Positions 26,813-35,415 of a stretch of DNA of 64,000 bases are shown here, piece by piece (the first letter of the stretch is position 1; every line of letters starts with the position of its first letter). Source of the stretch: Candidatus Woesearchaeota archaeon. GTDB lineage: Archaea > Nanobdellota > Nanobdellia > SCGC-AAA011-G17 > PNOQ01. The notes under the pieces are model-generated. The model ran no database searches, was not told where the DNA came from, and was given only the letters and a program-made list of their open reading frames with translations. The stretch covers positions 9,563 to 73,562 of the forward strand of contig JABIBT010000001.1 in NCBI GenBank assembly GCA_018652625.1, in the 5' to 3' direction. Position numbers and translations under genes: made by a program.

Positions 26813-29389
26813 TTATTTACCTTTTATTTGTGATATTATTTTTTTAATATTTACAGTTCCACCATCACTCTTAGCAACATCAATACCGTCATCTCCATAT
26901 TTAAATTGGATTATAGTTTTTTCAGCATCCCTTACGGTACCATCATATTCTATTCTTAAATCTTGTAAAGCACTAGATAATCTTCTATATAAATATCCAG
27001 ATTTAGGGGTTCTCAAAGCAGTATCCATTAAAGCATCCCTTCCAGTCATTGCACTAAAGAAATATTCAGTTGGTTTCATTCCACTTTTATATCCTTTATC
27101 AACAAAACCTTTAGATTCTGGACGAATATCTCCTTTTTTGAATAATGACAAAGTTCTACCCCTATAGCCACCTTTTATTCTTTTTCCACCCATGGACTGT
27201 TGACCTACACAGGCAGCCATCATACTTAGGTTTAACATATTACCTTTTGCTCCAGACCTTGCCATAGTAATACTATTATTATTCTCTTCATCAATACCAG
27301 AATTTACATTTTTTCCAATATTATTTCTAACATTATTCAAAACCTCAACAATTCTAATTTCTAAAGTTTCATCAATAGTATTTCCAGGTAAGGCTTCTAA
27401 CTTGCCACCCTCATACTCTTGGATTAATTCATCTACTTTTTTATATGCAGATTCTACTTCTTTTTTATTTTTTTCTAAGACCTTTGGTGGCAAATCACTG
27501 TCTGAAATAGAAGTAGTAAATCCCAATTCCAACAAAGTCACAATTCCTAATTTGAAAACCTTACTCATAAAATTTATACCAACCTCATCACCATATTTAG
27601 AATAGATGGATCTTATCAAAGCTCCATTTTCTTCTCCGATAGAAACTTTATCAATCGTTCCTTTCTTAAGTAAACTATTTTTTATTATAACGGATTCTCC
27701 ATCTTTACTCTTTCCTACAAAGTCAATACCCTCTGGCAATAGGGCACTAAATATTTCACTTCCAGAAACATTTTCTTTGAATTTTGAAAATTTTTCTTTT
27801 TCAAAAATACCAATTGAAATTAATAATTGTACTGCTTTGCTTTTTACGAATTCTACATCTTTAGTAAGCAAATAAATTCCAGATATTGCATCTTCAATAG
27901 AACCAATAATATTCATACCATTTTTAGGACTGATTATATGTTTCTGAACAATCATTAAAATTTCTGCCTCTGCTCTTGCTTCTTCAGTTTGTGGAAGATG
28001 TAGATTCATTTCATCACCATCAAAGTCGGCATTATATGGCGTACATACAGCAGGATTCAATCTAAAACTTCTTCCTGGAAGAATTCTTATCTTGTGAGCC
28101 ATAATACTCATTCTATGCAAAGAGGGTTGTCTATTAAAAATGGAAATATCTCCGTCCATTAAATGTCTTTCAACTATATATCCAGATTGTAACTCTTCCA
28201 ATAAAACATCAACTATGTCCTCTGTTATTTTTTTCTTTTTACCATCTGGCCTAATTACATAATTCGCACCAGGGTACATTGTAGGACCTTTTTTAATAAA
28301 TTCCTTTAGCCAATCAATATTCCACTCTGTAACCTTCTCTGGAATAGTTAATTCCATAGCAACAGACTTAGGAATACCAACTTCATTAAATTTAATTTTT
28401 GGATCAGGACTAATAACTGTTCTTGCCGAATAATTAACTCTCTTACCGGCTAAATTGTGTCTAAACCTTCCTTCTTTACTTTTTATTCTTTCAGTCAAAG
28501 TTTTCAAAGGTTGACCACTTCTATGTCTTGCAACAGGTAATTGGGCAACAGCATTATCAAAAAAGGTTGTTATATGGTATTGCAACAAATCCCATAAATC
28601 TTCTATAATAATTTCTGGTGCTCCAGCATTAATATTTTCAAATAATCTTTGATTAATTCTCACAATATCACTTAATTTATGAGTAAGATCATCCTCAGAC
28701 CTTTCTCCAGATTCTAAAGTAATGCTTGGTCTAATTGTAACCGGAGGAACAGGTAAAACATTTAATACCATCCATTCAGGTCTAGCAACTGCAGGATTCA
28801 TCCCGATACAAATAATATCTGAATCTGGGATTCTTTCAAGTCTACCTCTTATTTCAGTAGGAGTTAATCTCTTAGAGTCTTCCAAAACAATAGAAGGTTT
28901 TTCCAAAGTAATTTTATGTTGTTTTGCATTACAATGAGAACACTTTTTAGCAAGTTTTAATTTAGCAACCATTTCTCTAACTATTTTTCTTTTATCTTTG
29001 GTTCTTTTTTCTCTCTCAGCAACCTCTAATTTTTTTAAATGGATCTGAATTTTTTCATCATCTAAAACAAACCTCCCACATTCTCTACAACTTATTCTTA
29101 GTAAATCAAGAATTCTATCCATATAATTTATATGAATAACCGGTCTAGCAAGATCCATAAAACCAAAATGACCTGGGCACTCTTTCAACTTCTGACTACA
29201 AGTTTTACATCTTAATCCTGGATCAATAACTCCCATTCTAATGTCCATCAATCCACCATCAACAGGATATCCTTCCCTATCATATAATTCCGGAGTTATA
29301 ATTTTAGTAACAGATATTTTCTTTATTTCTTGAGGTGAAAATAGTCCAAACGAAATCGAATCTATTTTTTTCTCTGCATATTCTACCAT
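26813..29389 (-). CDS. rpoA1: DNA-directed RNA polymerase subunit A' (Rpo1N)
   Basis: 858 aa. Zinc motifs CKTC..CPGH and the catalytic YNADFDGDEMN. Confidence 0.97.
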   Translation of the reverse strand: MVEYAEKKIDSISFGLFSPQEIKKISVTKIITPELYDREGYPVDGGLMDIRMGVIDPGLRCKTCSQKLKECPGHFGFMDLARPVIHINYMDRILDLLRISCRECGRFVLDDEKIQIHLKKLEVAEREKRTKDKRKIVREMVAKLKLAKKCSHCNAKQHKITLEKPSIVLEDSKRLTPTEIRGRLERIPDSDIICIGMNPAVARPEWMVLNVLPVPPVTIRPSITLESGERSEDDLTHKLSDIVRINQRLFENINAGAPEIIIEDLWDLLQYHITTFFDNAVAQLPVARHRSGQPLKTLTERIKSKEGRFRHNLAGKRVNYSARTVISPDPKIKFNEVGIPKSVAMELTIPEKVTEWNIDWLKEFIKKGPTMYPGANYVIRPDGKKKKITEDIVDVLLEELQSGYIVERHLMDGDISIFNRQPSLHRMSIMAHKIRILPGRSFRLNPAVCTPYNADFDGDEMNLHLPQTEEARAEAEILMIVQKHIISPKNGMNIIGSIEDAISGIYLLTKDVEFVKSKAVQLLISIGIFEKEKFSKFKENVSGSEIFSALLPEGIDFVGKSKDGESVIIKNSLLKKGTIDKVSIGEENGALIRSIYSKYGDEVGINFMSKVFKLGIVTLLELGFTTSISDSDLPPKVLEKNKKEVESAYKKVDELIQEYEGGKLEALPGNTIDETLEIRIVEVLNNVRNNIGKNVNSGIDEENNNSITMARSGAKGNMLNLSMMAACVGQQSMGGKRIKGGYRGRTLSLFKKGDIRPESKGFVDKGYKSGMKPTEYFFSAMTGRDALMDTALRTPKSGYLYRRLSSALQDLRIEYDGTVRDAEKTIIQFKYGDDGIDVAKSDGGTVNIKKIISQIKGK

Positions 29390-29392
29390 TTT

Positions 29393-31195
29393 CTAAAATT
29401 TCCCCTTTAATTTTATTCTTGGATAAACCATCAGACTCTTTAACTCATCTAATAATAATTTAAATGCATAACTTAATTCAACAGATGAAACTTTACTATT
29501 AGAACCACATCTTGGACAAAGAGGTTTATTTTTATATGAATCATAAGTTCCTATAAGTCCACATTCTTCGCATACATGTACAATCGTTTTATCGGAGTCA
29601 AATCTTTCTTTCAACAGTAAGGATGCTCCATGAGCTACTAAACAATCTTTCTCCATCTCTCCCAATCTTAGTCCTCCACCCATTGCTCTACCTTCAACAG
29701 GTTGTCTAGTTAACAATTGAATTCTTCCAGAAGCTCTTGCGTGCAACTTATTTGCAACCATATGTTTTAATTTAAAATAATAAATATTTCCAGTATAAAT
29801 CTTAGCTTTAAATCTTTCTCCAGTTAGACCATTATAAAAAACTTCAGTACCATCTTCTCTAAATCCCATACCTAACAATTCTTTTCTCAACTCTCCTTCA
29901 TCCGGTGTATCAAAAGTAGTCGCATCAATTTGGGAACCTCTCAAAGAACCAACCTTTCCAGTTAATATTTCCAATAAATGAGAAACTGTCATTCTAGATG
30001 GGATACTATGTGGACTAAAAATAAGATCCGGTGTTATTCCCTTATCACTGAATGGCATATCTTCATGTGGAACCAACAGTCCTACAACTCCTTTCTGTCC
30101 GTGTCTAGAAGCAAATTTATCTCCTATTTCTGGTATTCTTTGCTCTCTTAATCTTACTTGTACCAACCTATTTCCTTCATCATTTTCTGTTAAGAAGACT
30201 GCATCAACAAGACCTTTATTTCCTTCTCCTATTGCTATGGAGCTTTCTCTTCTTGTTGTAACAGCAACATTAAATTCATCAGCACCACTCAAAAATCTAG
30301 GAGGGCTAGTTCTACCAATTAAAACATCATCGGTTCCAACATTTGCTTCTGGAAAAATAATTCCATCCTCTTCTAAATTTTTATAATCTTTTTCAGATTT
30401 ATAACCTTTAACTTCTGGATCGGGAACACTTATTTCATCCATCAATCCCCCAGAATACCTAACCTCACTCAATGAAAATGGTTTGAAAAAAGTAGATCGT
30501 GCCAATCCTCTTTGCACACTTCCTTTATTTAAAATAATAGAGTCCTGCATGTTGTATCCTTCATAACTCATAACAGCTATAGTCAAGTTTTGTCCAGAAG
30601 GATGCTCATCATAACCAAACGCATCATGCATAAAAGATTTAACAATTGGTTTTTGCGGATAATGCAAAATACTTGCATCCGTATCCATCCTCAATAAAAA
30701 GTTTGTAGCGTATAATCCAAGTGCTTGTTTTTGAATTTTACTACCCCTAATTAATCTTGAAGATGAACCAAAATTAGAATAAGGAACTAATGATGTAACA
30801 ACACCCAAGACAGTAACAGGACTAATTTCTAAATGGGTATGGTCCTTTGTTATTTCTTCTTCATCTAAAGCAATCAAAGTATTCTCTTCTTCTGCTGCAT
30901 CTAAATACTCAATAACTCCTTCTTCAACCAAATCGGCCCATTTTTTCTCTCCAGATTTAATTTTTTCGATAAGTTCCTCAGTTAATTTAGAGACACCATT
31001 TTCTACAATGATTATTGGTCTTCTCAATCTTCCTTTATTGGTCTCAACCGATACTTCATTTAATTCTTCATTATAAGATATATTTAATTCTGGAGAAATT
31101 GTTCCATCTCTTCTTTTTTTTCTTATAGTATCAATAAACTCATTAGAATTATCTACAACTCCAACATATTTTTCATTTAAATAAACATCAACCAT
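29393..31195 (-). CDS. rpoB1: DNA-directed RNA polymerase subunit B' (C-terminal part of split Rpo2)
   Basis: 600 aa. GDKFASRHGQKGV, GGLRLGEMEKD, C-terminal zinc ribbon CEECG...CPRCG. Confidence 0.97.
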   Translation of the reverse strand: MVDVYLNEKYVGVVDNSNEFIDTIRKKRRDGTISPELNISYNEELNEVSVETNKGRLRRPIIIVENGVSKLTEELIEKIKSGEKKWADLVEEGVIEYLDAAEEENTLIALDEEEITKDHTHLEISPVTVLGVVTSLVPYSNFGSSSRLIRGSKIQKQALGLYATNFLLRMDTDASILHYPQKPIVKSFMHDAFGYDEHPSGQNLTIAVMSYEGYNMQDSIILNKGSVQRGLARSTFFKPFSLSEVRYSGGLMDEISVPDPEVKGYKSEKDYKNLEEDGIIFPEANVGTDDVLIGRTSPPRFLSGADEFNVAVTTRRESSIAIGEGNKGLVDAVFLTENDEGNRLVQVRLREQRIPEIGDKFASRHGQKGVVGLLVPHEDMPFSDKGITPDLIFSPHSIPSRMTVSHLLEILTGKVGSLRGSQIDATTFDTPDEGELRKELLGMGFREDGTEVFYNGLTGERFKAKIYTGNIYYFKLKHMVANKLHARASGRIQLLTRQPVEGRAMGGGLRLGEMEKDCLVAHGASLLLKERFDSDKTIVHVCEECGLIGTYDSYKNKPLCPRCGSNSKVSSVELSYAFKLLLDELKSLMVYPRIKLKGKF

Positions 31196-31196
31196 T

Positions 31197-32687
31197 TTAT
31201 GTTAATTTCAAGGATTCTCCCTCTAGTATTTTTTTAATTTTTTCTTCATTTCCTGCCTTAGAAACTGTTGATAACAAAGACAAATTTTTTCTCAACCCAA
31301 TAGGGGTTCCTTCTGGTGTTTCTACTGGACACAACCTTCCCCAGTGAGTACTATGCAACGCTCTTGCATCAAAATTTTCTTGAGAAGAAGTCAGTAAACT
31401 AACAACTCTTTGTAAGTGTGAAACTGTATCAACAGCATTTGTCCTAGCAATATTTTGACTTATTCCTGCTCTTCCGCCTGGCCAAGTTCCTGTAGCCATT
31501 GCACTCTTTATTCTAGAGCTTAATAACTGGTCTCTTATAATAATCTTAACAGACGTAAATTTTCCTCTTTTAACCAATCTTTGAAAGTTATACAAAATGT
31601 CCTGAACTAATGCTCTTAAATTGACTCTAAATAAATCATGTAGTAAATCCCCGCTCATCTTAAGTTTTTTATTAGAATAGTGGTCTTGATCTGAAAGACT
31701 AGCGTGGCCATTAGAAATATAAATATATTTTCTTATTAACTTACATAAATGGTGTGCCTTATTCAATCTATCTTTTGGAGTAGAACCACCAATATGCGGC
31801 AACAAATATCTATCTAATTGTTCAAGTGTTCTCTCTTCTACAAATTCTCTTTGCATCATACCAATTCTTTTAGCTAAACTTTCAACAGCTTCTTTTTGAT
31901 TTTTTAGATCAACAGAGTTATACAAATTAACCAATAAATCATCAGTTTGTTTATCAGAACCAATCATTTCCATTATAGCCTGATCCTTAACTAGTCCAAG
32001 AGATTTTATAACTTCAATAATTGGAACTCTTTGGAACCTAGCAAAACTTAAATTAATAATTCCTTCTTTCATTTGTTCAATTGTATGTGGAATTCTATAG
32101 TTTTCTCTCTCTGAAAATAATTTTCCAACATATGGACTCGGTCCAGTTGCAACTTTTTTTACAAAAAACTTATTTGAAGCCAAATCTTCAACAGTAATTA
32201 AAACTCTCTCATTACCATTCAGAATAAAATAGCCCCCCGTATCTGCAGGGTCTTCTCCATTCTTCACTAGTTCTTCTTTTTTAAGGCCATTTAAGTGACA
32301 ATACTTGGATCTCAACATAATTGGCATCTTTCCGACCTGAAGTGTGAATAATTCTCTTTGAATATCATTAATATATGTGGCTACTTCCATATATATTGGG
32401 GCAGAGTAAGTAAGTTTTCTCAATCTTGCTTCCATTGGAAAGATATTTCTTCTAGATCCATCGGCCTCGGTTATTTCTGGTTTACCAACTTTAATCTTAT
32501 TAAATTTAATTTTAAAATTCTCAAATTCTTGAGGAATAATAGTAGGAACAATTTCCCCCATTTCATCTATAATTTTTTGTAGTTCTTTATCTAAAAAATT
32601 ATTAAAAGAATTAAGATTAGATTCAACTAAAGAATAGTCTTTAAAATAATTCTTAATTATATCTTTATATCCCTTAACCATGAACAA
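31197..32687 (-). CDS. rpoB2: DNA-directed RNA polymerase subunit B'' (N-terminal part of split Rpo2)
   Basis: 496 aa ending in ..WGRLCPVETPEG. Directly upstream of B'. Confidence 0.95.
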   Translation of the reverse strand: MFMVKGYKDIIKNYFKDYSLVESNLNSFNNFLDKELQKIIDEMGEIVPTIIPQEFENFKIKFNKIKVGKPEITEADGSRRNIFPMEARLRKLTYSAPIYMEVATYINDIQRELFTLQVGKMPIMLRSKYCHLNGLKKEELVKNGEDPADTGGYFILNGNERVLITVEDLASNKFFVKKVATGPSPYVGKLFSERENYRIPHTIEQMKEGIINLSFARFQRVPIIEVIKSLGLVKDQAIMEMIGSDKQTDDLLVNLYNSVDLKNQKEAVESLAKRIGMMQREFVEERTLEQLDRYLLPHIGGSTPKDRLNKAHHLCKLIRKYIYISNGHASLSDQDHYSNKKLKMSGDLLHDLFRVNLRALVQDILYNFQRLVKRGKFTSVKIIIRDQLLSSRIKSAMATGTWPGGRAGISQNIARTNAVDTVSHLQRVVSLLTSSQENFDARALHSTHWGRLCPVETPEGTPIGLRKNLSLLSTVSKAGNEEKIKKILEGESLKLT

Positions 32688-32916
32688 CCACCCTGAAAAA
32701 TTCTTGTTTTATATTAGTAGGACTATCTCTAATTATTTTTATAACATCGCCAATTTCTGGTTTTAAAGATTCTATTGCAGGATCACTTTGTAGAATAACT
32801 GGCAATTGATTTAATTTTATGTTATATTCTTCCAGAACAGAATTCCTCTCTTCTTCAGTCAACCTTGAGTGCTCGGGCACTAAGGAATGTTTTGTGATAT
32901 TAAATTCTTCTGCCAT
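32674..32916 (-). CDS. rpoH: DNA-directed RNA polymerase subunit H (Rpo5)
   Basis: 80 aa. HSLVPEH..L.EEE...L and the GDVIKIIR..PT pattern. First gene of the RNAP operon. Confidence 0.9.
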   Translation of the reverse strand: MAEEFNITKHSLVPEHSRLTEEERNSVLEEYNIKLNQLPVILQSDPAIESLKPEIGDVIKIIRDSPTNIKQEFFRVVVHG

Positions 32917-32930
32917 TTTTATTTATTGGA

Positions 32931-33035
32931 TGGACCGGACGGGACTTTCAACGCATTTCCCATTCGAAACACATGTTTGAACCCGCGACCCCTTGGTTAA
33001 AAGCCAAGTGCTCTACCAAGCTGAGCTACCAGTCC
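32931..33035 (-). tRNA. tRNA-Lys (anticodon UUU) with a 31-nt intron in the T-loop (between positions 59 and 60)
   Basis: Hand fold: GGACTGG-TA-GCTC-AGCTTGGTA-GAGC-A-CTTGG-CTTTTAA-CCAAG-GGGTC-GCGGG-TTCAAA[intron]T-CCCGT-CCGGTCC-A. Mature length is 74 nt. Confidence 0.85.
32945..32975 (-). other. Non-canonical tRNA intron (T-loop, 59/60) with a strict 3-4-3 bulge-helix-bulge
   Basis: Intron CATGTGTTTCGAATGGGAAATGCGTTGAAAG. T54-A57 pairs with intron TGAA (4 bp), flanked by 3-nt bulges A58-A59-C and A-G-T60. The outer helix is ATGTGTTTC/GAAATGCGT with G-U pairs. Symmetric cuts restore the loop TTCAAAT. Confidence 0.75.
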
Positions 33036-33059
33036 ACCTTATTTTAGCAAATGTTTCTA

Positions 33060-33132
33060 CGCCCTGACCGGGATTCGAACCCGGGTCGCAGCCTCGACAG
33101 GGCTGCATGATAACCAACTACACTATCAGGGC
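33060..33132 (-). tRNA. tRNA-Asp (anticodon GUC)
   Basis: GCCCTGA-TA-GTGT..TCAT-G-CAGCC-CTGTCGA-GGCTG-CGAC-CCGGG-TTCGAAT-CCCGG-TCAGGGC-G. No intron. Confidence 0.92.
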
Positions 33133-33270
33133 ATAGTTCCCACTAAATCATTAATGTGTTGTCGTTAATTTTTAGAGACGGCCATCTTTGTTTTTAGGGA
33201 GAAGCTTTGCTTGTAATTTTAGGGCAAACAAGTTGCTTATAAATCTTTTGGTTTTACGAAGAAAAGAACA

Positions 33271-33395
33271 TCCCCCCACCAGGATTTGAACCTGGGATCT
33301 CACGGGTTCAGCTGATTGTGTATCATACATAGTCATCAAGACACACTCAACACAATATCTACAGCCATGCGCTCTAACCACTGAGCTATGGAGGG
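33271..33395 (-). tRNA. tRNA-Tyr (anticodon GUA) with a roughly 52-nt intron at or next to position 37/38
   Basis: Acceptor CCCTCCA/TGGGGGG gives the C1-G72 pair plus A73, the archaeal Tyr identity set. D arm GCTC-AGTGGTTA-GAGC, anticodon stem CATGG/CCGTG, loop CTGTAG.., T arm CCAGG-TTCAAAT-CCTGG. Total 125 nt, mature 73 nt. Confidence 0.8.
33307..33358 (-). other. tRNA-Tyr intron (boundaries uncertain by 1 nt)
   Basis: ATATTGTGTTGAGTGTGTCTTGATGACTATGTATGATACACAATCAGCTGAA. Internal 7-bp helix ATTGTGT (33350-33356) with ACACAAT (33315-33321). My hand fold gives only a relaxed bulge-helix-bulge, not a strict one. Confidence 0.6.
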
Positions 33396-33419
33396 ATAAT
33401 AAAAAAAGATAATACTGAA

Positions 33420-33427
33420 TTTATAAA
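33420..33427 (-). promoter_or_regulatory. TATA box (TTTATAAA) about 25 nt upstream of the tRNA-Tyr 5' end
   Basis: tttataaa at 33420-33427. The tRNA 5' end is at 33395. The same motif recurs upstream of many genes in this window. Confidence 0.5.
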
Positions 33428-33435
33428 ACTAACGA

Positions 33436-34827
33436 TTAACCAAAAATATCTGCACGATTAGACTTAACAAAAATAGGCCTACCTCTTCTAAGATATTTTG
33501 CGATGGCAGGAGGTACACTTCGAATTATATGGGGTTTATATCTTATAGTATATTGGAGTAAAATCTCCTCTCTTTTTCCAATACCTCTTACATTCCAAAC
33601 AATTTTTGCAGACTTTCCAGATTCAGATTTAATAACTTCAGGATTATGAACACCAAAGTTATTTATTTTTTCAATTCTTCCATTAAGTCTATCCATCACT
33701 TTTATATTATAAATTTTCTTCAACGTTTTATTTTTCAAAGATAAAATTACATTTAGACTATAAAATCCATCTTCATCTTTTCTCATTGAAACAATTTTCT
33801 TCTCAAGAGAAATATCTCTTTTTAAAAAATAGTATAGCAACAAGAAAAACACCACAACTAAGATAACGGCCAAAGAAAACCACCTATAATTAGTTTCAAT
33901 AACAATTGTTTTAGTTTGATCGGGCTCCAAATCAAAATCCCAACTTAGTATATAATAAGAATCATCCTTAACTGTGGAATCCGGAACAGGATTTGTCGAA
34001 GTAAAAAATTTCTCAAAAAAAGTCAATCTCTTCATATAGTTTTCATGACTTATTGTATTTCCAGTATTGGTTCTTATAATCGTCTCTTTATTATACAATA
34101 AACTTTCTTCCGGAGTGCCAACACCACTTACATCAGTAAAGTAACCAATATTAATGGTATTTTCTTTTTCAAGAACTAATTCTCCTTCACGATAAAAATC
34201 AAAATAAATTACATTGTCTCCCTCATTTACAATTCCTTCAAATTCAACAGGAATTTCTAATTCAACAGTTTCATAAGGACGTATACTAAATTCTTTTTCA
34301 ACATCAAAATATGCACTATGAAATTCAAGTGTTAAATTATTTACATCCAAATCATAATTATTTCTAATATTTACTCTTAATAAATTTTCTTTATTTGGAT
34401 TTATATTTTCAGAAGATTCAAATTCCACAGTAATAGCTTGATCATAACTAACAACTTTAATCTCAAACAGCTGATTTGTTTCTATAGACTCATTACTAGT
34501 AGACTGTACAGTCAAAAGAATCCCATAATCTCCCGGTTCTTTATCTGAAAAAGGTTCAAAAAAAAGTTGAATAGATTCAAAACCGGCTTGATTAATCGTT
34601 ACAACCTCACTTTCCAAATTCCAATCCCAATAAACAGCGGGTTTTAATATCCTAAAACTATCTTGAAAATCTTGATGATTTCTAATCTTTAAATAAAATT
34701 CTGCAGGTTCATCTGGAAGAATTGTATCTTTCATTGCATTAACCTCTGTTTCTATTGGATCTAAAGCAAAAACCTGAGAGCTAAACAAAAATAAGAACAC
34801 TATACCAAAAATCACTCCTTTATTCAT
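33436..34827 (-). CDS. Secreted/membrane-anchored surface protein with beta-sandwich-like repeats
   Basis: 463 aa. Signal peptide (..FLFSSQVFA), repeated beta-rich segments, one TM helix (LAVILVVVFFLLLYYFL), then a cytoplasmic C-terminal domain. Confidence 0.55.
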   Translation of the reverse strand: MNKGVIFGIVFLFLFSSQVFALDPIETEVNAMKDTILPDEPAEFYLKIRNHQDFQDSFRILKPAVYWDWNLESEVVTINQAGFESIQLFFEPFSDKEPGDYGILLTVQSTSNESIETNQLFEIKVVSYDQAITVEFESSENINPNKENLLRVNIRNNYDLDVNNLTLEFHSAYFDVEKEFSIRPYETVELEIPVEFEGIVNEGDNVIYFDFYREGELVLEKENTINIGYFTDVSGVGTPEESLLYNKETIIRTNTGNTISHENYMKRLTFFEKFFTSTNPVPDSTVKDDSYYILSWDFDLEPDQTKTIVIETNYRWFSLAVILVVVFFLLLYYFLKRDISLEKKIVSMRKDEDGFYSLNVILSLKNKTLKKIYNIKVMDRLNGRIEKINNFGVHNPEVIKSESGKSAKIVWNVRGIGKREEILLQYTIRYKPHIIRSVPPAIAKYLRRGRPIFVKSNRADIFG

Positions 34828-34874
34828 AATCGGGGGAACTGACCGAGATATTTAAACTTTTTCATAACCAAAGA

Positions 34875-34882
34875 TTTATAAA
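34875..34882 (+). promoter_or_regulatory. TATA box upstream of csp, implying a leader of roughly 50 nt
   Basis: tttataaa at 34875-34882. The csp ATG is at 34958. Confidence 0.4.
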
Positions 34883-34929
34883 TAATATATTTCCCCTTAA
34901 ATTTCAATCTAGAACAGCTAGACAAAAGG

Positions 34930-34948
34930 TTTCTAGAGTTTCTAGGAG
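34930..34948 (+). promoter_or_regulatory. Leader hairpin that pairs the csp Shine-Dalgarno sequence
   Basis: TTTCTAG-AGTTT-CTAGGAG: 7 bp including two G-U pairs. The 3' arm contains GGAG, 9 nt upstream of the ATG. A first hairpin TCTAG-AACAG-CTAGA lies at 34908-34922. Confidence 0.35.
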
Positions 34949-34957
34949 AACAATAAA

Positions 34958-35350
34958 ATGGAAGGAAAAGTTAAATGGTTTAACAAGAGAAAAGGCTTTG
35001 GCTTTGTCGAAGGTGAGGACGGTGTAGATTATTTTGTACACTTCACTGCTCTAGATAAAAGCACATTTATTAGAGAAGAAGATAGAGTATCCTTTGATGT
35101 AGCAGATACAGATAAGGGCAAACAAGCTCAAAATGTTGTTTTACTTCAAAAAGGAAGCGAAATAGCAAAAGAAAGTTCTGAAGAAGAATCAGAAGATTCT
35201 GAAGAGGAATCAGAAGATTCTGAAGAAGAAACTGATTCTGAAGAGGAAGAAGCGGATTCTGAAGAGGAAGAAACATCTGAGGATTTAGAAGAAGAATCCA
35301 AAGAAAAATCAAAAGATTCAGAAAAACAAGAAACAACAGAAGAAAATTAA
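34958..35350 (+). CDS. csp: Cold-shock domain protein with a long acidic Ser/Glu repeat tail
   Basis: N-terminal GKVKWFNKRKGFGFVEGEDG.DYFVHF (RNP1/RNP2-like) cold-shock domain of about 65 aa, followed by SEEESEDSEEESEDSEEETDSEEEEADSEEEE. Confidence 0.85.
   Translation: MEGKVKWFNKRKGFGFVEGEDGVDYFVHFTALDKSTFIREEDRVSFDVADTDKGKQAQNVVLLQKGSEIAKESSEEESEDSEEESEDSEEETDSEEEEADSEEEETSEDLEEESKEKSKDSEKQETTEEN
35176..35290 (+). repeat. Imperfect tandem repeats (unit 18-21 nt, GATTCTGAAGARGAA) encoding the acidic tail
   Basis: ttctgaaga recurs at 35176, 35197, 35218, 35236 and 35257. Confidence 0.6.
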
Positions 35351-35415
35351 TTATCTATTTCTTTTTTATTTTTTAAATATAATATAAGAATTAAACTTAT
35401 TATAAAAAAAGTCTA

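Noticed and set aside
33133-33270. 138-nt spacer between tRNA-Tyr and tRNA-Asp examined for a further non-canonical tRNA or ncRNA
   Set aside because: No T-loop consensus, acceptor pairing or strong helix was found. Only a TATA-like TTTATAAG (33236-33243, minus strand) and a weak 5-bp hairpin are present.
33307-33358. C/D-box sRNA inside the tRNA-Tyr intron (TGATGA at intron positions 21-26 and CTGA near the 3' end)
   Set aside because: The boxes are not placed next to a terminal stem. The C-to-D spacing of 21 nt does not fit the ~12-nt guide architecture, and no D'/C' pair is evident. This is most likely chance in a short AT-rich sequence. Tandem G-A juxtaposition next to the 7-bp helix is noted but unproven.
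33172-33381. 69-aa minus-strand ORF in the supplied track
   Set aside because: About 110 nt of its upstream end lie inside the tRNA-Tyr gene and its intron, and the rest runs through the tRNA spacer. The sequence is explained by the RNA gene, and the peptide has no protein-like features.
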